From Ignavibacteriota bacterium (lineage in GTDB: Bacteria > Bacteroidota > Ignavibacteria > UBA10030 > UBA6906): DNA of 64,000 bases. The notes beneath the pieces were generated by a model. It searched no databases and was not told the DNA's origin. It was given only the letters and a program-made list of their open reading frames with translations. Where the stretch lies: contig CAWDEM010000008.1 in NCBI GenBank assembly GCA_963801355.1, positions 576,001 through 640,000 on the forward strand, given 5' to 3'. Positions 40,126-50,600 of the stretch are shown here, piece by piece; the stretch's first letter is position 1; each line of letters opens with the position of its first letter. The translations under genes were made by a program, and so were the position numbers.

Positions 40126-40384
40126 AATACTATCCTCGTACCTTTAGGAAGCGGCCACCACTAATGGATATCAACCCCATGTCATCCCCTGCTACAACAC
40201 CAACCGTCTCGAGGACCTCGCTGACGATACTTCAGCGCGAGCTGAACACAATGAACTTGAATCTTCTTGAGACCGGTGCCTGACGAAAGATGTCGGCCGG
40301 TCGTCGGGTTAGACGGTATCTCATAAACACTCGGCGACTCGCTGACTCCTACATCGAGTCGGAGCTCGTAATGTGTGTGACGGA

Positions 40385-40413
40385 AATGTACTCCCCCCCC
40401 TTTCCAAAGTCAA
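40385..40413 (-). promoter_or_regulatory. Sigma-70-type promoter facing cargo (Pc-like), copy 2
   Basis: TTGACT-N17-TACATT, divergent from the integrase. Confidence 0.65.
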
Positions 40414-40630
40414 ATGCACTCAAGAATCCCAAGGGTTTTCGGGGGTCTTTAGGAAGTGAGACCCTCGGAACTGCGTCAAGTCGGCTATCGGACAAAAGTA
40501 CCCCTCGGGACTGTGTTGCCCCTCACTCCCCGACCCCTTCCAGACATTGCCCCACTGATTCCAGTTGTGGCTCGACTGGATAGCCGATATGTTGTTCTCA
40601 GTGAATCGAGAACAATCAAGGGTACATCCG

Positions 40631-41662
40631 ATGTTGAACCACACCAAACTGTCTCTCTTCAAGCGTTCGAATGGAATATACTACCTGGGGTATGTCGAGG
40701 GGAATCGCAGACGGTGGAAGACAACCTCTTGCACCACCAAGTCGGATGCACTGCAGTTCCTGCGAACCTTCGAAGGAACCAAGAGAGAGATGGAACGCAC
40801 TCCCCTGCTCTCCGAACTCTTCACGCGGTTCGAGTCTACACGCGGTAACTCCATCCGTCCGTCAACGATGGACAATTACCGTCTTGCGGTCAACCGATTC
40901 AAAGAGGTCTGCGGAGACAAAGTCATTGACCAATACACCGTTTCAGATATCGAGACATTCAAGAACGCTCAGATTAGCCAGAAGGTGTCGAAGATATCCG
41001 TGAACATCTGGTTGCGTGGTGTCAAATCAGTTCTCGGTTTCGCAGTCAAGCACGAGTGGTTGACCAAGAACCCCGTGCAACGGTCACTTGAGTTTCCGAT
41101 TCCTCAACAGTCCCCAACCTATGTCACCAAAGAGGATTTCCAGAAACTCCTCGGTAAGGTACACGAATCCGTCCTCCGCGACCTCTTCCTTTTCGCCGCA
41201 CTCAGTGGTCTGCGTCTCTCAGAGATACTACACCTCAAGTGGAGTGCGGTGGACTTCGAGAAGAGACAGTTCACAGTATCCAACAGTGAGACCTTCACTA
41301 CGAAAACGGGAAGAGAACGGACGGTACCGATGCACGAGGAGGTGTACAAGGTTCTGTCACTGCGAAGGGGTAACAGTACGGAAGACGGTCTGGTGTTCTG
41401 CAAGAAAGGTGGATACCGCCTCGAACGGAACTATGTCTCGAAGAAGTTCAAGGGGTATGTTCGTGACGCGGAACTATCGGAGAAACTGCACTTCCACAGT
41501 TTGCGTCACAGTTGTGCGAGCTGGCTTGTTGATGCGGGCGTATCTCTGTATGTGGTGCAGAACATCCTGGGACACTCCAATATCAGTACGACCCAAATCT
41601 ACTCACACCTCTCACAGAACACACTGCACGAGAGTGTGAATCGGGTTGCACTCTGCGTTTGA
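40631..41662 (+). CDS. Tyrosine recombinase/integrase
   Basis: SGLRLSE (R), TKTG (K), HSLRH, LGH, TTQIY; short N-terminal arm-binding-like segment; no IntI-type insertion seen. Confidence 0.95.
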   Translation: MLNHTKLSLFKRSNGIYYLGYVEGNRRRWKTTSCTTKSDALQFLRTFEGTKREMERTPLLSELFTRFESTRGNSIRPSTMDNYRLAVNRFKEVCGDKVIDQYTVSDIETFKNAQISQKVSKISVNIWLRGVKSVLGFAVKHEWLTKNPVQRSLEFPIPQQSPTYVTKEDFQKLLGKVHESVLRDLFLFAALSGLRLSEILHLKWSAVDFEKRQFTVSNSETFTTKTGRERTVPMHEEVYKVLSLRRGNSTEDGLVFCKKGGYRLERNYVSKKFKGYVRDAELSEKLHFHSLRHSCASWLVDAGVSLYVVQNILGHSNISTTQIYSHLSQNTLHESVNRVALCV

Positions 41663-42622
41663 GCCTATTAGGGTAGGATTGGGAGGTATCGTTGTTGTTG
41701 GTGGGATTGGTGGTAAGGTGCCTCGTTCTGTTCGCTCCGTGTCTTCGACACTTCGCTCACCCCGACTGAGAAGCGTCGGGAATCACTCTCCGCTATTCTG
41801 AAGGATGAGGAAGTAGATTCAGAACGCTCTTTGTTCTGAGTCCGAAGGACAAATGCCTCAAGGAAGTCTTACCTCGCAAACAACGCTCGGTTGACCTCAC
41901 GAAGAACGTTCGGTCAATCTCTCTTCTTCCTTCTGTATGGAAATCACACTAAGTGAGGTAGTGAATACCGCGCTTTGTGCGGTGTGCGAACGTCTTCTGT
42001 TCGCACGATGTGTTCCTTACAAGACATAGTACGACTTGATGTCGTTTAGAAATCTGCGGTTGGTATGGTTAGCACTTTCGTTCTTACTAATGGACGCCTC
42101 GGACTCTCGTACCGAGGAACGTGTGTCTCTTCAGATTTGCCACACTTTGGTTTAGGACTTTTTCAAGGTCAATAGTGTGCGGACACAAGGACAGACTCCA
42201 CCAAGCGAGTTGCGACAATGGAGTGGTCGGTTGCGACAACTGGTTCCGTTCAACTTGTGTTCATCTCTTCAGTTCCTTTCCAAAACAAATCCCTCACTAC
42301 GAGTGTGTCTTCGCGGGCACTCATAATGAGGGAGTCAAACAAACCCTTCAGAGGGTTGTGTCGTACATTCATCTGTGCGAAGACATCTTCTCGTCTCTAC
42401 CTATACATATCATCGAGAAATCCCAAACGCTCACTTTTTCTGCACGACCGAGATAATATCTTCAATACGCCTATTGTGACACGGTCACAATCTGACCGCC
42501 TTAGGGGTGTCAAGGGTCGGATAAGTGGTCGGCTATCCACTTCCAGCAGTAAGCCTTGTCAACAGTGTCCGCTCGCCACTCTTGCCTTGCATCGCCTTGT
42601 CCGCTTCACTGGTGACTGTGAA

Positions 42623-42922
42623 TCACTGGACGATTGCCGAGTGCATCCAGACCCTCGCTTGTCCGTCCCACGGAATCGGAGATGGACTCACACTTCCGTC
42701 CACCGCCTCCGTTCGCCCCTTGACCGTGGAGAGGTGTGCCGCAATTCTGGGGTGTCCGAGGATGGTCTGAATACGAGAACCTCTCATATCGCAATCCCGT
42801 TCGATTGCGGAGATTGGTGTCAGAAATCCACGGACGCTTGAGGTTCCTACCGCATTTTGACAGACAAGCAGTGCATCGGGAACACCACCCCGCGTGTCAA
42901 GGTGCACTCCCGTGGTGTTCAT
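42623..42922 (-). CDS. Hypothetical protein, possibly the 5' part of a decayed gene
   Basis: Strong GAGGAGG RBS; downstream minus-strand frames look coding but contain stops. Confidence 0.35.
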   Translation of the reverse strand: MNTTGVHLDTRGGVPDALLVCQNAVGTSSVRGFLTPISAIERDCDMRGSRIQTILGHPRIAAHLSTVKGRTEAVDGSVSPSPIPWDGQARVWMHSAIVQ

Positions 42923-43103
42923 AATGCACCCTCCTCAACGCTTCGCCGACTGCCCCCATCCAGTTTGTCGTGAATGAAAAAACTGAACCTTCGTGCGATT
43001 GCTGAGGGAAGGTCTCTCGTATCGAGGTCGCCAGAATTGCCGCTGACGCATCTCCTCGGTTGCGAGATACTTATGGGAAACACACTCACCGTGAGGAACT
43101 GAA

Positions 43104-43418
43104 ATGCCGCAAGGAACGCAAGCCACATATGAGGAAATGCCATACGACCGACTCACACTCGTGGGGAAGGAATTGGGGGACTACAACTCGAAGGAATATA
43201 TCTATCGCGGTCAGTTGGGTGTGTACCGTCTGCGAGTGGGAGAATCCGTCACGGACGAAGGGAAGGTGTTCTACATCTACCAGAACAACAAGTTCTGGCT
43301 GAATCTGTATCCGTCAAACACCAAGAAGGTCTTCGTAGGAAGGGACGATGACGACTACTACATCTTCCGATTCGAGGGGAAGTATGTCTCGGTGTTCAAG
43401 CGGAAGTACGATATTTGA
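43104..43418 (+). CDS. Hypothetical protein
   Basis: GAGGA RBS, 104 aa, Tyr/Lys-rich beta-type composition. Confidence 0.65.
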   Translation: MPQGTQATYEEMPYDRLTLVGKELGDYNSKEYIYRGQLGVYRLRVGESVTDEGKVFYIYQNNKFWLNLYPSNTKKVFVGRDDDDYYIFRFEGKYVSVFKRKYDI

Positions 43419-43539
43419 CCGCTGACGATGGGGTGTCGAACTCAAAACAGAGTCCCGAAATTGTAGACAAGGCTGTTGACAAACTGGACGCAAAAGTAGG
43501 TCGGGATGTGGGGTGTGCGAGGGATGATAGCGAAGGGTC

Positions 43540-43573
43540 AAAAACACCGAACCCCTTCACACGGAAGGGGTTC
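43540..43573 (-). terminator. Intrinsic terminator downstream of tRNA 3' copy
   Basis: GAACCCCTTC-ACACG-GAAGGGGTTC 10-bp stem then GGTGTTTTT. Confidence 0.65.
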
Positions 43574-43578
43574 TGAGA

Positions 43579-43623
43579 GTGCACCCACCAGGACTCGAAC
43601 CTGGAACCCACTGATTAAGAGTC
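43579..43623 (-). repeat. tRNA-Lys 3' fragment (att remnant), uninterrupted
   Basis: 45 bp identical to 60509-60553. Confidence 0.95.
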
Positions 43624-43947
43624 CGGCAATGATCAGCCAAAACGTGCAAAATAGGGCACTTCTCGGCAGTTGGGTTGTCATAACTTGTCATAAACTGCCA
43701 TCGATTAGCATAAAGTCACTACACTTTCACTACACTCGTTGGGGACGGGGGCCGCCTTCGTCCATGAATATCTCAAGCTGTATTTGACATTGTCAAAAGA
43801 GCATTGTCATTGACGCTCACCGCACTCATCTGGGGCAGGCTTTAACCATGGTGGGATCCAGAATCGACCGCTCGCGGGGGAACAACCTGCGCCCGTTTGA
43901 TTCTGAGACTGCCCTGCGCTATCTTGTTGCATCAGAGAGGTTCACAC

Positions 43948-44253
43948 GTGACGCCAGCAATTCAAGTCAGCCGCAAACAAGTAGCCGAATTCTGTGCACG
44001 GCACAGGATCCGCCGGCTTGCGCTCTTTGGCTCCGTTCTGCGCGCGGATTTCCGCCCCGAGAGCGACGTCGATGTGCTTGTTGAGTTCGAACAGGGAGCT
44101 GCTGTTGGTTTTTTCGGGCTTGCCCGGCTTGAGCGTGAGCTATCCTCTCTTCTCGGAGGCCGGAGGGTCGACCTTCGCACACCGCAGGACCTCAGCAGAT
44201 ACTTCAGAGACTCCGTTGTCGATCAGTCCTACGTGATTCATGGACCAAGCTGA
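43948..44253 (+). CDS. MNT minimal nucleotidyltransferase antitoxin
   Basis: [22 protein letters not shown] (GSX10DXD); GTG start. Confidence 0.9.
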   Translation: MTPAIQVSRKQVAEFCARHRIRRLALFGSVLRADFRPESDVDVLVEFEQGAAVGFFGLARLERELSSLLGGRRVDLRTPQDLSRYFRDSVVDQSYVIHGPS

Positions 44254-44593
44254 CCTGATCCGGCTCCGCCACATGCGAGACGCAGCGGCCGAGGCTCTCC
44301 AGTTTGCAGCGGGGAAGACGCGTGCCGATCTTGACCACGATCGCATGCTCATCCTGGCTATCCTGAAGGATCTCGAGATCATCGGAGAGGCGGCAGGCAG
44401 AGTAAGTCCCTCGGTCAAACAGGACAACCTGGCAGTTCCCTGGGAGGAGATCGTTGGGATGCGAAATCGACTCATCCACGGTTATTTCGATGTCAATCTG
44501 GACGTTGTGTGGGAAACAATCTCGCATGATCTTCCGCACCTCCTCATCGACATCGATACAATCCTGAGTCCACCGGAACAGTCTCAACAGTGA
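44240..44593 (+). CDS. HEPN (DUF86, HepT-like) ribonuclease toxin
   Basis: [22 protein letters not shown] (RX4HXY). Confidence 0.9.
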   Translation: MDQADLIRLRHMRDAAAEALQFAAGKTRADLDHDRMLILAILKDLEIIGEAAGRVSPSVKQDNLAVPWEEIVGMRNRLIHGYFDVNLDVVWETISHDLPHLLIDIDTILSPPEQSQQ

Positions 44594-44658
44594 AGCCAAT
44601 GAGGTCCGGGGCATAGTTCGAGTTCGGACTTGGACAGTTGGGGCATCCTCCAATTGCG

Positions 44659-47526
44659 CTATTTCAAAAGAAGAAGCCGCCGCGTCTGTACAAAGTCCCC
44701 TGCCTGCATCCGGTAGAAGTACACTCCGCTTGCAAGCCCTGAACCGTCGAATTTCACTTCATGGTTCCCCGGTGCCATCTTCTCGTTCACCAGCACCGCC
44801 ACCTCTCGGCCCAGCAGATCATACACAACGAGTTTCACATTGCCGGCAGCTGGCAACTGATATCTGACGACTGTCGAAGGATTGAACGGGTTCGGGAAAT
44901 TTTGGCTAAGCCCATATACTTTGGGCACATCAGGGTTTTCGGTGACGCTCCCTGTCAGAGGAACGGCCAGAGCATTCTCGCACGCGCCAATATCCGGGTT
45001 TGAGCCCGCAGGGTTCGGACGCGCTGAGCCGTAGAAGCACGTGTTGGACGTTCGGTGCCACACGCCGCCAATCTTCAGAGAATCTATTCCGGCGCCAATG
45101 CAGGGGCTCCGTACGGAAAGGCGATAGGTGCTGTCTACGAACAGTGGTTCCTGTACAATATTTCCGGTGCCTGCGTATCCCCCTGCAACATCGCAATATT
45201 GAATGACCGGCGCCGCCCCGGTTGCATTGATCTCGGGCCCGGTCGTAGCAGTATCTCCCCAGAGAATATTGTTGAACGCAACAACGTTTGCAGCGTTAAC
45301 GATATCCAGCCCACCGCCAGTTGTTGCCTTGTTCCCCACAAAAGTATTGTTCGCGATCATCTGCTCCGTTCCCACATCAGGAGCATTCTGAACCTGCAGC
45401 CCTCCGCCAGATGTAGTCGACTGGTTTTCCGTTATGATGTTGTTTTCGATCTGGAATGAAGATCTGATCGCTTGAATCCCCCCTCCTCTCGCATCGTTTG
45501 AGCCCGCCGCAGTGTTTGCAGATATCAGATTCCCTGTAACCGTCGCCACTGTGTGGAACAGATCGATGGCACCTCCCCAGTTCTCCACGTTCTGACCTTG
45601 AACGTGGTTCCCGACGAACTGATTATGTGTGAGCCACTTGCGCCCAGGTCCCACGGCCTCTCTGTCGTCAATGCATATGCCTCCCCCTATGGCCCAACCA
45701 TTGAGCACTGCGGTCGCAATGTTTCCTTCGAAGGTGTTCTCGGTGAACACGACGGGTCCCGTCGAGTAGCAGAAAACCCCTGCACCAGTTGCAGCACCAT
45801 CTCCTCCTGAAGGTATTCCGTTCGCAATGTTGTTCCGGAAGATGTTCCCCTGAACAAATCCTTCGGGGAACGGCGCAGAGGTAGTCAATCCATACAGATT
45901 CAACCCACCTCCAATCGCAATGGAGACTCCAATGGCAGTATCCCTTTCAATCACATTGCCAACAACCCGAAAGGACATGCCGTTGACATCAACTCCCCCA
46001 CCCGTTCCCCACGTATTGCCCGAAGTTCCCAGCACATAGTTGTCTGTGATTCGGTTATCTTCGAGCACGAGCCACAATGGCGTAGCGCCAAAGCTAACTG
46101 TTCCCACTCCTCCGCCGCCGGATGCCCCGCCAATTACTCTGTTGAGGACGATGTTGTTGCTTACGAGCTTGGCTCCCGCAGAATCGCAAAACACCCCTCC
46201 GCCCTCGCGCCACGTTGTACCATCCGGACCAAAATATGATGTTCCCGTTCCACCGGTAATTGTGAAACCGCACAGGACCGACGTTGTGTCTTCATTGTCG
46301 GCAAAGCAGACCACCGATCCCCCATTCGGATCTGTCGCGTGGCTCCCGTCGATAATTGTTTTCGCAATGTGCGATGTGTCGCCTGTTGTGAGATACGTGC
46401 TGGCGACAACGATGCTCTTCCCTTTGAATCGTATGTTCTCGTAGTAGGTGCCGTCAGAAACGAGCACAGTGTCGCCATTGTGGGCGGAGTCAATCGCGGC
46501 CTGGATTGTCGCATAGTTCTGTGGAACGAGACGACGGCTTCCGGCGACTGGCGACGTTGCATGGCCTATCCGGATGAGATATGTGCTTGCAGGTGACCTC
46601 CAACCATCGTACCAGAAATGGATCGCGTCTCCCCGCAAGAGTACGGCATCCACCATCGCAGCGGTGGCATCCCACCCTCCGGGGGTAGTGTTAAGTACAG
46701 GATTCGCAGGGTGTTTAACCCACGGGGAATTCCCGTCTAGGGAGGTGGCCAAACCAGACCTGGAGTTACCGCTCGAGTACCACATGTAGTACGAGTTTTT
46801 AATCAAGACGACTTTCGGGCCTGCAACTCCTCCTGCATCCCATTCCCCTGGTTTGCCAGCATCGAGCATCGGGTTGTTTGCTGCATCCCGCGTCCAGTGG
46901 ATTCCATCTGGAGATGTCGCAAGTCCGATCTTCGTAGCACTCAGGTCCGCATTGTAGCCATAGTACCACATCCTGTAGCCCGTCGGGCTGATCCGCATGA
47001 CGGTCCCAACGTCAGGGCCGCCAACTTCCCATGCCGCAGTTCCTTGTCCGAAGACGGGGTTGCCTGGATACTTTGTCCATTGAATGCCATCCGGTGAAGT
47101 AGCGTAGCCAAGATCTGCGGTATCTCCTTTCCATGAGCCATACCACATCTTGTAGGATCCATTCTCACGCAGGACTATGTGGGAAGAAATCGAGGCATCG
47201 TCCCAGCTGCCAGGGGTTCGTGACATGACCGGAGATGAATACGAGGTCCAATTCACTCCATCGGGTGATTTAGCGAACCCGACTTGCCAGGGGTGGCCGT
47301 AGTTTTCAAGGCTGGGCGTCGCCGCAAACCACATTTCATACCTCGAAGAGTCTTCATTGTAGATCACACATGCATTGAAAACATGTTTGTTCCACGTGCC
47401 CTCGCTTCCACCGGACAAGACCGGGTTTCGGGAATCCTTCGTTATCGTGAATTGCCCGAATGCGCTGCCATTTCCGAAGAACAGAATGGCCACAAGTGAA
47501 ATGCTGCAAACCATTGCGTTTCTCAT
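44659..47526 (-). CDS. Secreted protein: five-bladed glycosidase-like propeller + parallel beta-helix + T9SS domain
   Basis: Five NPV...WD...YxMWY...G.A.S.DG..W repeats; VPQNYATIQAAID..GDTVLV..GTYYENI; QNFPNPFNP. Confidence 0.82.
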   Translation of the reverse strand: MRNAMVCSISLVAILFFGNGSAFGQFTITKDSRNPVLSGGSEGTWNKHVFNACVIYNEDSSRYEMWFAATPSLENYGHPWQVGFAKSPDGVNWTSYSSPVMSRTPGSWDDASISSHIVLRENGSYKMWYGSWKGDTADLGYATSPDGIQWTKYPGNPVFGQGTAAWEVGGPDVGTVMRISPTGYRMWYYGYNADLSATKIGLATSPDGIHWTRDAANNPMLDAGKPGEWDAGGVAGPKVVLIKNSYYMWYSSGNSRSGLATSLDGNSPWVKHPANPVLNTTPGGWDATAAMVDAVLLRGDAIHFWYDGWRSPASTYLIRIGHATSPVAGSRRLVPQNYATIQAAIDSAHNGDTVLVSDGTYYENIRFKGKSIVVASTYLTTGDTSHIAKTIIDGSHATDPNGGSVVCFADNEDTTSVLCGFTITGGTGTSYFGPDGTTWREGGGVFCDSAGAKLVSNNIVLNRVIGGASGGGGVGTVSFGATPLWLVLEDNRITDNYVLGTSGNTWGTGGGVDVNGMSFRVVGNVIERDTAIGVSIAIGGGLNLYGLTTSAPFPEGFVQGNIFRNNIANGIPSGGDGAATGAGVFCYSTGPVVFTENTFEGNIATAVLNGWAIGGGICIDDREAVGPGRKWLTHNQFVGNHVQGQNVENWGGAIDLFHTVATVTGNLISANTAAGSNDARGGGIQAIRSSFQIENNIITENQSTTSGGGLQVQNAPDVGTEQMIANNTFVGNKATTGGGLDIVNAANVVAFNNILWGDTATTGPEINATGAAPVIQYCDVAGGYAGTGNIVQEPLFVDSTYRLSVRSPCIGAGIDSLKIGGVWHRTSNTCFYGSARPNPAGSNPDIGACENALAVPLTGSVTENPDVPKVYGLSQNFPNPFNPSTVVRYQLPAAGNVKLVVYDLLGREVAVLVNEKMAPGNHEVKFDGSGLASGVYFYRMQAGDFVQTRRLLLLK

Positions 47527-47592
47527 GGGTCCCTCCATTGTTGGTTGTTCGCCGGAATATAGAAAGGCTGGAGGGGGATGTGGTAGGAATGC

Positions 47593-47620
47593 TTAGACAA
47601 AGAATGCGAGAATCTGGACA
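47593..47620 (-). promoter_or_regulatory. Candidate HTCS/AraC site: direct repeat at 21-bp spacing
   Basis: TTAGACA...CTGGACA, upstream of a TATATT -10-like box. Confidence 0.4.
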
Positions 47621-47669
47621 TCAGACAGGAATACGCTCGTTCGTCCCGAGAGAGGCCATAGTAGGCTCT

Positions 47670-50600
47670 TCAGAGGGCGATCTGGTGGACCTCGGAGGGC
47701 AAAATCCCGAACCGTTCGTGGAAACAAGAACTGAAGTACGAGGGATCGCCAAAGCCGACCTGAAAAGCGATCTCAGCCACAGTCGCGGCATTCTTCTCAA
47801 GAAGCTCGCGCGCACGCTGGAGACGTAAGTACTTGATCAGTTCGGCAGTCGAGAGATTGGTCAGCCCCATCAGCTTGCGGTCGAGATGTCTGCGGCTGAG
47901 GGCAACCTCGCGGGCGATCTCTGCGGCACCGAGGGTTTCGTCACTCATCCGTTCCTCTATCGCAGTCATGACTCGCTTCAGCAACGCGTCATCGAGAGAG
48001 GAGACCACCACTTCTCCAGGCTTCAGGACAACACCCGCCGAGAATTTCGCCCGAAGCTGCCGCCGTTGCTCGATCAGGTTCCGCACACGAGCCAGCAATT
48101 CCTTTGAGTCAAACGGCTTTGTCACATAGTCATCGGCGCCAATATCCAGCCCTTCTATCTTGCTGTCGGTGCCCGCCCGCGCGGTGAGTAGGATCACCGG
48201 GACGTGGCTGGTGCGCACATCCTTCTTCAAGGCACGGCAGAGTTCCATACCATCCATTTCGGGCATCATCACGTCGCTGATCACAATGTCCGGCACGATC
48301 TCCAATGCCCGATCATATCCTTCCTTGCCGTTTCCTCCTTCCTGCACTTCATAGTCGGATTGCAGAAATTCGCGAATATATGTCCTGAGGTCGGCATTGT
48401 CCTCCACAACGAGCACGATCGGTTTCCCATCGGTTGGTGGTATGGGTGGAACAGGACTGGACGCAACCGCAGAGACTCCAAATCCTACGCGTTCTCTTAT
48501 CTCGACTTCAGGCGGAGACGCGGCAGTCTCCTCAGGCTTGTATGCTGACCTGTCAGTGGAAAGGGTCACCGTGAATACCGATCCCTTCCCGGGTGTACTC
48601 TCGACTGCGATCGTCCCGTGGTGAAGGTCGACAAGCTCCTTTGTCAGCGCCAAGCCGATCCCCGTGCCTTCGGTTGTGTGTGTCTCGTCGGCACGGTAGA
48701 AGCGTTCGAAGATGTGGGGAAGATGCTTTGGCGAAATGCCGGGACCGGTGTCGGAAACCCTCAACCCCCATGCCCCTCTCCCATTTGGGGAGAGGGGGAG
48801 CGAGGGGGTGAGGGTAACCGTCACGCTTCCTCCTTCCCCCGTAAACTTCACCGCATTCGACATCAGGTTGTTCAGAATCTTCTCCAGTTTGTCCCCGTCG
48901 AAGAAGCCAACGGCAGTGTTGGCACCAGGGTGGAACTCCAGCGAGATCTTCTTCCTCTCCGCCCACGACTCAAATGACATCACCGTACGGCGGACGAACT
49001 GCACAATATCGGACTTCGACACCTGCAGCTTCATCATCCCGGATTCAATACGAGAGAAGTCCAGCAACTGACCGACCAACGTAAGGAGCTTCTTGGCGTT
49101 GTCCCGTATGAGTTTGAACTTCTCTGGTGTGGACGGATCTCCGTTCGCCTCAATACCCTGTTCTGCCGGTCCCAGAATGAGCGTCAGTGGCGTTCGAAAC
49201 TCGTGTGAGATATTGGCAAAAAAACGAGACTTGAGGCGATCCACTTCTGCGAGGCGTTCTCTCTGGAAGTGCTCCATCTTCGCCGTCTGCTGCAAGCGTA
49301 TCTGGCGAATCCGGAGCCGATATGCTCCAAGGAGTGCTCCAACAAAGAGTGATGCATACATGGCATATGCCCACATCGTCTGCCACCACGGGGGTGAAAT
49401 GACTATAGCGACTGACGTGCCGGTTTCATTCCATAGCCCTTCGTTGTTCGATCCCTTCACCTTAAAGACATAGTCACCCGGGTTCAGATTGGGATACGAA
49501 GCATAACGCCGTGTCCCGGAATAGACCCAATCTTCATCCACTCCCTCCATCTTGTAGGCATACTGGTTCCTTTCCCCGTTCAGGTAGCTCAACGCGGCAA
49601 ACTCGAAGGATATGAAGTTGTCATCATGAGCCAGACGAACCTCATTGGACAACGGACAAGGTTTGTCGAACTTCCTAAAGGAGGTTACTACGACAGGAGG
49701 GACGTACAGATTGTCTTCTATGCTGTCGGGATGAAAACGCGTCAGGCCGTTTGCACCCGCGAAAAATATCTCGCCGTCTCCGGTTTTGCACCCCGAACTG
49801 TTTACTTTGTCTGACGGCAAGTCCAAACCATACGAGACATCATAAAACCTGAAGCGACCTGTTTCGGGATCGTATTTTGCCATCCCCTTACTCGTGTTGA
49901 GCCACAGAGAGCCGTGATTATCCTCCTGTATGCCGCGCATGCTGCTACTCGGCAGGCCACACCTTTCGGTGATGTCACTGAAATCTTCTGTCGATCGCTC
50001 ATATCTGAAGAGACCGGCCCAGGATGCAAACCACAATCTGCCCTTGTTGTCCTCACGCATCTGATAGACCGTATTCGAATTATTGCGTCCTGGGCTTTGG
50101 TGTTTCTTGTCGGTAACATGTTCGGAAAGAGTACCTTTTGCATGATCATAGCAGAACAGTCCACCCCAGCCAGGGGCAACCCAGAGGAGGCCGAAGCTAT
50201 CTTCGAACATATACATAATTTCTTTTCTCAGGTTCGCAACTTCCGTAACCCGTTGTGTCGTTGGGTCAAGCAGATAGAGACCGCCTGTGGCGGTTCCGGC
50301 GTAGTAACCTCTGTCGGTCTTCTGGACACAGGAGAGAGAGTGATTGAAGGCCTTCCAGGAGGGACCGAGGGAAAACGTTCTGTTGCCAAGTGTATCTCGG
50401 ATGTAAAAGCTCCCATCTATTGTTCGAAATGCCAAATCGCCTTCCGGGCAAACGAAGCACAGGAGGTCGGTTCCAGAGGAGTATGGAACAAACTGCCCTA
50501 TCCGCGGGTCAAATTGAAGCCATCCTCGTTCGTTGAAGGCATACACCCATATCTTCCCCTCGTTCCCTTTCACAAGGTTAAGGGCGACTCCCCCCATGGG

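Larger units (their letters stand above)
38201..43623. mobile_element. Integrase-encoding element integrated at tRNA-Lys
   Basis: Bounded by tRNA-Lys 3' direct repeats; contains a tyrosine recombinase. Confidence 0.85.

Noticed and set aside
38201-43623. Prophage or ICE
   Set aside because: No capsid, terminase, tail, relaxase or T4SS genes visible; only 5.4 kb
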